In this document: positions 1 through 7,992 of the stretch, piece by piece
Numbering within the stretch: position 1 is the stretch's first letter
Layout: each line of letters starts with the position of its first letter
Assembly: GCA_051294375.1 (NCBI GenBank)
Contig: CM119263.1
Span: forward strand, 26,191,400-26,203,677
Reading direction: 5' to 3'
Origin: Paraspadella gotoi
Lineage: Eukaryota; Animalia; Chaetognatha
DNA length: 12,278 nucleotides
Program-made: the position numbers and the translations under genes
Notes under the pieces: model-generated
Told to the model about the DNA's origin: nothing
The model's input: the letters and a program-made list of their open reading frames with translations, nothing else
Database searches by the model: none

Positions 1-362
1 TGACCATTTATGCCAAGACAAAAATATGCCAGTTGACCAAATTCTTAAAGTTGACCAAATTATGCCAGTTGGACCAAATTCTGCAATGTTGATCAAGTTC
101 TGGCAAGTTGACCAAATTATGCCTGTTGACCAATTAGGCCAGTTGATAAAATTATGCCAGTTGACCAAATTATGCCGGTTGGACCAAATTATCTTAATTG
201 ATCAAATTATGTCAGTTGACCAAATTTATGTCAGTTGACCAAATTATGTTCAGTAGGACCAATTATGTCAGGTAACCCAAATTATGTCTGTTGACCAAAA
301 TTATGCAAGATGATTTAAATTATGCAAGTTGACCAAGTTAGCTTATTACCACTTAATTATCG
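1..362 (+). repeat. 18-bp tandem satellite (GTTGACCAAATTATGCCA)n plus flank; inverted copy of 8923-9297
   Basis: About 18 monomers. The order of variant monomers and the flank GTTAGCTTATTACCACTTAATTATCG match the reverse complement of 8923-9297. Confidence 0.9.
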
Positions 363-607
363 ATTGACCTGGAATTTTGTATGTGAGTAGAGAAAGTGTG
401 TGATTGAACAGGAAACCAAGTTTCGATGGATCTTTTGAGTAGAAATGAGTTAAATGGAAAAAAAACAAAAAACCTGTTTCACTAATTGATTATGATTTCT
501 TTTTCCTTTTATATTAAATGTTTATATGCAGGATGTATTAATAAATCAAATAATTAATCAGTTAATTAATCAATTAGTCAATTAATTAATCAATTAATTA
601 ATCAGGT

Positions 608-1512
608 CAACCAATCCGTCCATCCGTCCCACCTTAGCAAAAAGCTCAATAAACTCGTGATTAGCTGGTTGGATTGGAATGAAATTTTGTTGTGTGGGTA
701 GGAAAGTGTGTGATAAAGCTCGATATAAAGTTTCGACTGGAATCGTGTGAGTGGAAATTAGTTTAAGTGGAAAAAACATAAGTCGCATTTACTAAAATAT
801 TTTTACTTATTTTAACCAATAAGTACTCCAATTAATCATAATTGGATGGATAGATTGAGTTCAAATTTTTTGTGTGGGTAGAAAAATGTGTGAACGATGC
901 TTGATATAAAGTTTCGGTGGAAATGTACGAGTGGAAATGAGTTTAAATGAAAAAAATATGAGTCACATTTACTTGAATCATTTTACTTATATATACCCAT
1001 AATAGATTGAGATGAAATTTTTGTGAGCGGGTAGGAAAGTGTCGTGAAGAAGCTAGATATAATTTTTGACGAATTGTGCCAGTGGAAATGAGTTTAATTG
1101 GAAAAAACATAAGCACATTTACTTGAATCTTTAATATTAATGATTACTTAATAAATGTTTTAATTAATTAATTAATGTGAAAAAATGATGCAAGTTAAAA
1201 AATTCTTAAAAGCATAAAGATCGTCGCAATTGCATAAAAAGAAGAGAGAGAGAGGAGATAGAGAGAGTGAGAGAGAGAGAGCAAGAAGGAGAGCAAATAA
1301 ATAGAGGATATTTGTTTGTTTTTGATTAAATGTAAACAAAATATATTTAATAACTGTCCTAACCGCAATTTAAGGACATCGATGATGATAAGTTGAATAT
1401 AAATTTAAAATTAATTATTACATATTAAATGTATTAATTAATTAATTAACTCGTAAATTCAATTAATTAATTTATCGTAGGCAGATCCGTCATTGTTTGC
1501 TCAAACTTGTTT
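608..1512 (+). mobile_element. Helentron/DINE-1-like non-autonomous element copy lacking the 18-bp array
   Basis: Has a CCGT/CCAT microsatellite remnant at ~616-630 and three ~160-bp internal repeats (GTGGGTAGGAAAGTGTG...GTGGAAATGAGTTTAA). It ends ...GCTCAAACTTGTT, resembling the DINE-1 CTTGTT terminus, and is the reverse-complement homologue of 3170-3550 and 9440-9870. Confidence 0.6.
1241..1292. repeat. (GA)n microsatellite
   Basis: Imperfect GAGAGA run seen directly. Confidence 0.9.
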
Positions 1513-1785
1513 TAATAAAAATATATCTTATAATAGGATGGTCCTATTCAAATGTAAACAAGTTTGAGCAAACAATATCAAATCTGCCTACGATAATTAA
1601 GGGGAAATAATCTGAATCACGGTAATTTTCTTTAATTTTCAATTTGTGAACTTAACAGATCATAACACATCGTAAAAAAACAAATCATAACACTTCCTAA
1701 TAAATCTATAAAAAAATCTATAAATCAAATGATCTATCAATTATTACTAGTAGCCTCGCCAATGCCAACATGAATAATTTAATAA

Positions 1786-2709
1786 TTTTGCATAATTTGC
1801 TAATTTTGCATAATTTTGTCAACTTGCATAATTTAGTCAACTTGCATAATTTAGTCAACTTGCATAATTTGATCAACTTGCATTATTTGGTCAACTGGCA
1901 TAATTTGGTCAACTGACATAATTTTTTCAACTTGCATAATTTGGTCAACTTGCAAAATGTTGTCAAATTCCATAATTTGATCAACTGGCATAATTTGTTC
2001 AAATGATGTAATATGGTAAACTGGCATAATATGATCAACTGTCATATTTGGTAGACTGGCATAATTTGGTCAATTGACATAATTTGGTTAACTGGCATAA
2101 TTTGGTAAACTGGGCATATAAGTTTTGTTTCCAACTTGGGCACTAACTTTGAGTCAGCTTGGCAAAATGTTGTACAACTGCGAGGACGTAATTTGATCAA
2201 CTGGCATAATTTGGTAGAGACGCTGGGCATAATTTTATAAACTGGCATAATTTGATCAACTAGTAGAATTTGGATAATCGGCATAATTTGGTCAATTGAT
2301 GTAATTTGGTCAATGGCATAATTTGATCAACTGCCATAATTTGGTAAACTGGCATAATTTGGAGAACTTGCTTAAATTGATCAACTGATATAATTTGGTC
2401 AACTGACATAATTTGGTCAACTGGCATAATTTCATCAACTGGCATAATTTCATCAACTTGGAGAATTTGGTCACTTGAATAATTTGGTCAATTACATAAT
2501 TTTATCAACTGGCAAAATTTGGTCAACTTGCAGAATTTGGTCAACTGGCATAATTTAGAGAACTAGCTTAAATTGATCAACTGACATAATTTGGTCAACT
2601 GACATAATTTGGTCAACTGGCATAATTTTATCAACTGGCATAATTTGGTCAACTTGCAGAATTTGGTCACTTGAATAATTTGGTCAACTGGCATAATTTG
2701 GTCAACTTG

Positions 2710-2710
<1 letters not shown>
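1786..2710. repeat. 18-bp tandem satellite (AACTGGCATAATTTGGTC)n, ~50 units
   Basis: Direct tandem periodicity, interrupted at ~2112-2190. It generates the spurious MPVDQI ORFs. Confidence 0.95.
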
Positions 2711-2742
<32 letters not shown>

Positions 2743-2815
2743 TGAGAGAGATGAGAGAGAGAGAATTTTTAAAAATGTTTTTGTTTTTTTAATTTAAACT
2801 CTTTTCCACTCCTAC

Positions 2816-3171
2816 TAGGGCCAATCTTTGTCAATGGGGTGGGTCAGAAGTTTGGTTTGGGAACCTTTCTAAAATGGCTCAAAGCACTAGTAATTAATTT
2901 TTAAATATTTATTTAAAAAAAATTATTTATTCTTTTTTATTAATTCTATTTTTAATATTTTGATGATAAGTTGGTCAAAATTAGGAAAAACCTTAAAAAA
3001 TCATCAACATAATCATTATGTAATGATTTAAACAGTTTTTGCTAATTTTCATTAAAAAATATCAAAATTTTAAAAGGTTGTAATTTGATTTTTTGCTCAA
3101 CTTTTTGAGCTCTATCAGAATCAATTAAAAAACTTTAAATATTAAAAAAAAAAATTTGGTCGGCTTCTGCT
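2816..3171. mobile_element. 356-bp insertion with 8-bp target-site duplication (MITE-like, possibly hAT-type)
   Basis: ACTCCTAC occurs at 2808-2815 and 3172-3179. The paralogous element has the empty site CCACTCCTACGATTCC at ~9450-9465. A partial second copy lies at ~11090-11245. TIRs are weak. Confidence 0.65.
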
Positions 3172-3477
3172 ACTCCTACGATTCCATCAAAAATTTATTT
3201 CCAGCTTAATTGCATACTTTCTACCCACACACAAAATATAAATTAAATTTATCTATCCAATTTTTAATAAATATAATAATTATGAGTAAATATAAGTAAA
3301 AATACTAAAGGTAAATATGACTTGTTTTTTCCATTTAAACTCATTTCCACTTGCACGATTCCAACAAAACTTTATAAAATTATATCCAGCTCAATCACTC
3401 ACTTTCCTACCCACTCACAAAATTTCATTCCAATCCAACCATCCAATTACGAGTAATTGGAGTTTTTTGCTAAGGTG

Positions 3478-3552
3478 GGACAGACGGATGGATGGATGGA
3501 TGGACGGACGGACGGACGGACAGACAGACAGACAGAGACAAACGGACAGACA
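3478..3552. repeat. Compound (GGAT)n(GGAC)n(AGAC)n microsatellite
   Basis: Seen directly; typical of DINE-1/HINE elements. Confidence 0.9.
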
Positions 3553-4380
3553 TCTTTTTTTTGCATAATTTATCAAAATTCAATGTTCTGACTTGAAATA
3601 AGTTAATGCCCGACAAGATTGAGGGGGCGGACCGATGGACCGACAAAGTGGATTATAGAGTCGGGATCATGTCATTGATGAGCACATAACTAAGAAAGTA
3701 GGCAAGCGAGACTACTGGGAGTTGAAAAATTAAAAAAACGTCAGCGATTTTTTTACCAGGGTGCAAAATCTGAAGTCGTTTTATCAGATAATTTAGCCAC
3801 AGTATTTGAGCATTTCATTTAACTCCCACTTGAAATCCGTGTAAAAGCTTCAGAACCATAGACCTGTCATTCATCGTATGTTTTAATTTATTATTTAGGA
3901 ATATGTGGCAATCCAGTTATCCAGCTATCCCTCCGGATGTCCAGTGTAATTTTTTTCATTTTTAATCTTCTTCAAGTATTGTAAAATTTCAGAAGAAAAA
4001 AGATGTCTTTTTTACATTCAGCTTTGCGGTAGAGTACTTCATTTAAAAAAATTATTGCTCTTACACAGATGGCCTAATTTTAATAAAAATTTATGCCAAA
4101 CTTATTATCTTTCAATAAACTTTAAATCACTTTTAAATTTTTTTTAAAAATTGAATTTTATAGGGTGATTTTTAAAGTCTGAAATAAAGTGGTACCTTTT
4201 TTTTTGCACAGGACAGTAATATAACAAAAATTTTTTTTATTATTTTCATTTTTATAGTAATTGAATATTCACTCTTTTTTATTGAAGTTATATAGTGAAG
4301 AAACAGTAATGATTGTTATGTGTTAGTGACAGTCTGGTGGTCCTATCACCACAGATGGATTAAAGCTATTTCTTTCGCAG

Positions 4381-4437
4381 TGGCTCAGTGGACTAATGCA
4401 CCATCCCAATGTGTGTCCCTGGTTCGAGCCCTGAGGT
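4381..4437 (+). promoter_or_regulatory. tRNA-like Pol III internal promoter in B LTR1
   Basis: A box TGGCTCAGTGG at 4381-4391 and B box GGTTCGAGCCC at 4421-4431. The acceptor-like stem GCCTCAG/CTGAGGT is visible in the LTR2 copy (4816-4867). Confidence 0.8.
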
Positions 4438-4439
4438 TG

Positions 4440-4520
4440 TCATGTAGAAAGTGGGACGGACCGGGTAACCCGCCTGTAGGCAACGGCCTGCTGCCAGATC
4501 CAAAGCTCTGCACTACATGA
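4440..4520 (+). ncRNA. Predicted twister ribozyme, type-P5 permutation (B LTR1)
   Basis: P5 TCATGTAG/CTACATGA; GA-CGGA; U^AA-CCC-GC; P3 hairpin; P4 CAGA/TCTG with loop TCCAAAGC. One T1 mismatch. Confidence 0.75.
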
Positions 4521-4592
4521 ACATGCTGTTTCGCTGTCGCCACGAGGTGACACCGCTGCGGGTGTGGCGCCCTGTAAAACCAGCCTCTTCAA

Positions 4593-4606
4593 TGGTGAGG
4601 CCGACG
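4593..4606 (+). promoter_or_regulatory. Primer-binding site, tRNA-Trp-like (element B)
   Basis: TGGTGAGGCCGACG lies 1 nt after the LTR end. The complement of the metazoan tRNA-Trp 3' end is TGGTGACCCCGACG. Confidence 0.75.
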
Positions 4607-4869
4607 CAAACCGGGCCTGATAATACTCCTCTGCCCTTGATGTGGTTTGAGCTACGCAGCTGCCACTCAACGCATAGGCCACCAGAATGAAGAGAGGTTC
4701 AGCGGAGAGACATGCGCTTCATCCCCTGCTTCGTACTCTCATATGTGAGAGTCCTGGGGGCAGCTGTCTGGTGGTCCTATCACCACAGATAGATTAAAGC
4801 TATTTCTTTCGCAGCGCCTCAGTGGCTCAGTGGACTAATGCACTATCCCAATGTGCGTCCCTGAGGTTG

Positions 4870-4950
4870 TCATGTAGAAAGTGGGATGGACCGGGTAACC
4901 CGCCTGTAGGCAAGGGCCTGCTGCCAGATCCAAAGCTCTGGACTACATGA
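4870..4950 (+). ncRNA. Predicted twister ribozyme, type-P5 (B LTR2, best-preserved copy)
   Basis: T1 TGGA/TCCA is perfect, T2 GC/GC, P4 CCAGA/TCTGG, P5 8 bp, conserved GA and UAA. Predicted cut at 4896^4897. Confidence 0.82.
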
Positions 4951-5040
4951 ACATGCTGTTTCGCTGTCGCCACGAGGTGACACCGCTGCGGGTGTGGCGC
5001 TCTGTAAAACCAGCCTCTTCAACAGAACCGTTCAATATAA

Positions 5041-5114
5041 GCAGTCTCTAAGCTTCAGATCAAGCTGTAACACAGAGTTACAGGCGGGTTAAGCGCCCCG
5101 TCCCTCTTAACTGC
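5041..5114 (-). ncRNA. Predicted twister ribozyme, type-P5 (A1 3' LTR)
   Basis: Minus strand reads GCAGTT AAGAGG GA CGGG GCGCT TAA CCC GC CTGTAAC-TCTGT-GTTACAG CTTGA TCTGAAGC TTAGA GACTGC. T1 is retained through G-U pairs. Confidence 0.75.
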
Positions 5115-5117
5115 AAG

Positions 5118-5189
5118 ACGACCACCGGGCTAGAACCTCGGACCTTTGGGTTCGGAGGCGAATGACTTGCCTCCGGCAGCAATGGCCGC
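5118..5189 (-). promoter_or_regulatory. 72-nt tRNA-derived module (degenerate A/B boxes) in family A LTR; paralogues at 6122-6193, 8361-8432, 8771-8842
   Basis: Acceptor-like stem GCGGCCA/TGGTCGY, A-box-like TGGTGCCGGAGG, B-box-like GGTTCTAGCC, and anticodon-like loop CTCCCAA in three of the four copies. Confidence 0.7.
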
Positions 5190-5359
5190 TGATGAACAGT
5201 TGGTGGATTTTAGTCCACCATACATCCCCCCAGGGAGAAGTCTGTTGCGTCTCGTCAGTAAATTGTTGTTGGTGGAATATTCGTCACCAAGTTGAGGCAT
5301 GTCGCTTGATGTGTTGATGGCAGAAATTGCATCGCCAGGTTGAGGTATGTCGCCTTAAA

Positions 5360-5372
5360 GTCGGGCTCACCA
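5360..5372 (-). promoter_or_regulatory. Primer-binding site, tRNA-Trp-like (A1; identical at 8630-8642 in A2)
   Basis: TGGTGAGCCCGAC lies 1 nt after the LTR end CTCTTCA; 12/13 match to the tRNA-Trp 3' complement. Confidence 0.8.
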
Positions 5373-5390
5373 ATGAAGAGACAGTAATTA

Positions 5391-6003
5391 TTAAGGCGTA
5401 GTGAAAGTTACATATGGAAATTCTAAAAGTCAATTATGAACAACATACCATCAGTGAACATTAATTTGTAAAAAAAATTAATTTTATGTCTTTTAATTTT
5501 TGCAGTAGGCTATATTTATATATAGTACTATCCTTATAAAATCGAAAAAATTCAAAATAGGCTTTTCTTAATTTTGATTGCAGATTTGAATTCCTCGTCA
5601 AAAGTTGATAAAAGAAAATATAAATCATTTTTAAAATTGTTTCATTAAGTGGGTTAAAAATTAAAAAAACTATATTTATTATATTAAAAGTTAATTTTCA
5701 GCTTAAAATATAGCTTTTTCTAATTTTTGACCCACTTAATGAAGGAATTTTTCAAAAAGAGTTATATTTCTTTTTATCAACTTTTTATGACGAATCAAAA
5801 TCTGCAAAAAAATCTTAGAAAAAACTGTTTTGAAATTTTAACATTTATTGGTTTAGAACTAGTATAAATATGGCTTACTGCGTAAATTGTAAAATTTATT
5901 CTAAATTTTTTTATTACATAAATGTTCATTAATATAATGTTGTTCGTTCCTCACTTTTAGAATTTTAATTAAAATTAAATTTAGAAATTTTACTACGCTT
6001 TAA
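5391..6003. mobile_element. 613-bp foldback MITE inserted in A1 5' LTR
   Basis: Termini TTAAGGCGTAGTGAAA / TTTTACTACGCTTTAA. The arms pair along their whole length (e.g. TTCATTAAGTGGGTTAAAAATT with AATTTTTGACCCACTTAATGAA). TAATTA is duplicated at 5385-5390 and 6004-6009. Confidence 0.85.
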
Positions 6004-6044
6004 TAATTATTGTTATGTATTAATGACAGAACCGTTCAATATAA

Positions 6045-6118
6045 GCAGTCCCTGAGCTTCGGATCAGGCTGTAACACCGAGTTACAGCCGGGTTAAGTGC
6101 CCTGTCCCTCTTAACTGC
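6045..6118 (-). ncRNA. Twister ribozyme, mutated copy (A1 5' LTR)
   Basis: Same fold with L4 TCCGAAGC, but T2 GC is changed to GG and T1 has an A.C mismatch. Confidence 0.65.
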
Positions 6119-7553
6119 TAGGCGACCACCGGGCTAAAACCCCGGATCTTTGGGTTGGGAGGCAAATGACTTGCCTCCGGCACCAATGGCCGCTGATTAA
6201 CGGTTGGTGGATTTTAGTCCACCATAATAGTAATGTTCTAAAATTTTTTTTTATTTAGTAAAAACAATTACGTGCCTATCTTGTGACTACCCATATGAAG
6301 GTGCATCTCCCAGTTTTATTGTTCACGAAAAAACCAATGGTTTCAACAATTTAAACTCTACTTCTAATACCAAGATGGAAAAAAAATTGTCGCATTTTAA
6401 TGTAAGAATCGAAAAATAAAAATTAGATATCAAGAAACTTTGGCCTCTTGTGATTTATATGAGCTGTATCTTATTTATGTACGACAAAAAATACAAGAGT
6501 TCCATGCAAAAGAAAATGAGTTGTCCAAAAAAATGCTTCCTTCTTTTTATCTTTTTCATATCTACACTTTTCATTTATATTAATTTCGGTTCTTTTTTAT
6601 TACTTTTTGAGTTAAACCGTTACTATTATCCCTGCCTTTTCTCTGTCTCATGTCAAATGGTTATTGCATCATCTCTATTAGGATAGATTTGTCAAAAAAG
6701 TACGATATTAAAAATAAATTGATGCTGTAGATGCTCCAGAATATTTTTATTTACGTCTGGATGTATTATCAGAACGAAGTATCAAACAAGTCTAAAAAAA
6801 AAAAATCAAAGATTTTGTTGAACGGAAAGACAATGCATCATCACATTATACAGTAACAACTCAAGCCAAAAACCATTTTTTGCCCAAAATCTGATAAAAT
6901 ATTAATAATAATATGAGTAGTCCTCTTGATCAAAAAGAGGTAAAAACAGAGGCAACCTCTTTTGGAAGTTATAAAGTCCAGACGACCATAACCCAGATGC
7001 TCTTTTTGTCTCCCAAATCAGAAAAATATTGACTTTCGGCTCACTGTCAATTTTTTGCGATCATTCAGCGTTTGGACGGGACTCTTATAAGTGTTTGTGT
7101 CTAATAATAATTGATATTTTTATTGATTATTAGTAGTATTCTGATATAGATATTTCAATTGCTCGCCGGAAAGAGCAGATGGAATATCTATATGCTTTGA
7201 TTTTTTTATTAAGGTACCATTAAATATCAACAAGACGATTCCCAAGGCATAAGAAACATTTAATATTAACTTTCTGGCGCCGCCGCCCCCCGGGTTTGAG
7301 GGTGGTTTCTGTCCCGACGTCTTCTCCCTCTCCGCTAGGTCGAGGAGGGGTTCTACAAAGTAATTGTATGCAATAAATAATTTTATGCTGTTGAGAAATG
7401 AAATGTTTATTCAGGCCTAGGGAGGTCATATTACATTTTAAAACCTATTTAACGGCCAAAAAATTTATTTGACAATGAAATTAACCGACTTTTCCAAACC
7501 GCGACAATTTTTTTTCCATCATGTTGTGTACTCTTAACATCGATCATATGTGC

Positions 7554-7633
7554 CTATAATGTCAGTGTACAAGCCGAAATTTGGGCTCGGAAGCTTATTC
7601 CTCTTGTTGTTTGTTCCGAAACACAATAACTTC
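7554..7633 (-). CDS. Terminal coding exon of unidentified Cys-rich protein: (G)SYCVSEQTTRGISFRAQISACTLTL*
   Basis: Phase-1 acceptor TAGTAG, open in the frame set by the preceding exon, TAG stop at 7554-7556, 84-bp intron. Confidence 0.7.
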
Positions 7634-7717
7634 CTACTAATTTATAATCAGTGTAATCATTACAAATAAGGAATTATCTCTTAAACTACGCATTTATATT
7701 TATTTCCTATGAATTAC

Positions 7718-7862
7718 CCGGACTTTTCCTTTTACAAAAATCAAAAATTATCCTGTCCAGATCGCCAACGTCAGTATTGCATTCAAGACCGCATTGCCTG
7801 ATTTCTTTTCTTTTTACGACGTTACAAAACTTGGAATTTCCATTACATCGGTAGAGACAAAA
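7718..7862 (-). CDS. Coding exon FCLYRCNGNSKFCNVVKRKEIRQCGLECNTDVGDLDRIIFDFCKRKSP
   Basis: TTTCTTTCCAG acceptor, GTAATT donor, 145 bp open in phase 0 to 1, 76-bp upstream intron. Confidence 0.8.
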
Positions 7863-7938
7863 CTGGAAAGAAACTTTATTAACCCATCAGAGGAATGATA
7901 AATTTTTAAAACTTTTTCTAATTTGTTTGTAAGTTTAC

Positions 7939-7992
7939 CTTTCGACATCGAATGAACTCGAATGGGCCTTCCTGAGAAGGATCGATTGCGAT
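7939..7992 (-). CDS. Coding exon IAIDPSQEGPFEFIRCRK
   Basis: TTTTTCTTTAG acceptor, AG|GTAAAC donor, 54 bp, phase 0 to 0. Confidence 0.8.

Larger units (their letters stand above)
1556..3690 (-). mobile_element. Helentron/DINE-1-like element with internal 18-bp satellite
   Basis: Module order on +: AACAAGTTTGAGCAAACAAT..CTGCCTACGAT terminus, 18-bp array, (TCAA)n, (GA)n, ~160-bp repeats, (GGAT/GGAC/AGAC)n, GGGGCGGACCG..GACAAAGTG. The same order occurs at 8890-9966. The right boundary is approximate. Confidence 0.65.
4333..5021 (+). mobile_element. Family B non-autonomous mini-LTR element (twister retrozyme/TRIM-like)
   Basis: LTRs 4333-4591 and 4767-5021 differ by 7 substitutions and 2 indels. 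TSD ACAG at 4329-4332 and 5022-5025; the empty site GTGACAGAACCG is seen at ~8672-8683. PBS at 4593-4606; GGGGG tract at 4756-4760. Confidence 0.9.
4296..6226 (-). mobile_element. Family A non-autonomous mini-LTR element (copy A1), both LTRs interrupted by later insertions
   Basis: TSD ATAG at 4292-4295 and 6227-6230. LTRs are 5374-6226 (split by the MITE) and 4296-5222 (split by element B). PBS at 5360-5372, G-tract at 5225-5231, internal region ~150 bp with no ORF. Confidence 0.9.

Noticed and set aside
1851-2445. MPVDQI-repeat ORFs (also 26-238 and 8968-9303)
   Set aside because: They are translations of an 18-bp satellite (a multiple of 3), with frameshifts and no gene context.
1786-2710. 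CRISPR-like array
   Set aside because: Monomers are contiguous with no unique spacers, there are no cas genes, and the context is eukaryotic.
4320-4682. ORFs over the GC-rich elements (also 8321-8578 and 8742-8993)
   Set aside because: Short, no gag/pol motifs, and frames not preserved between LTR copies.
5118-5189. Functional tRNA genes
   Set aside because: D, anticodon and T arms are irregular, there is no T-run terminator, and they sit inside LTRs; treated as tRNA-derived promoters.
5022-5222. Family A as a simple SINE or Penelope-type tandem retrozyme
   Set aside because: Fixed termini, PBS, PPT and matching 4-bp TSDs around LTR pairs indicate an integrase-type LTR element.
5189-5260. 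Hammerhead ribozyme suggested by CTGATGA (also ~8432 and ~8842)
   Set aside because: No correctly placed stem II-GAAA-stem III-UH. The motif is antisense to the element and pairs with TCGTCAG in a plain stem.
6450-7100. Coding or transposase relic
   Set aside because: Low-complexity ORF with stops in neighbouring frames and no recognisable motif.
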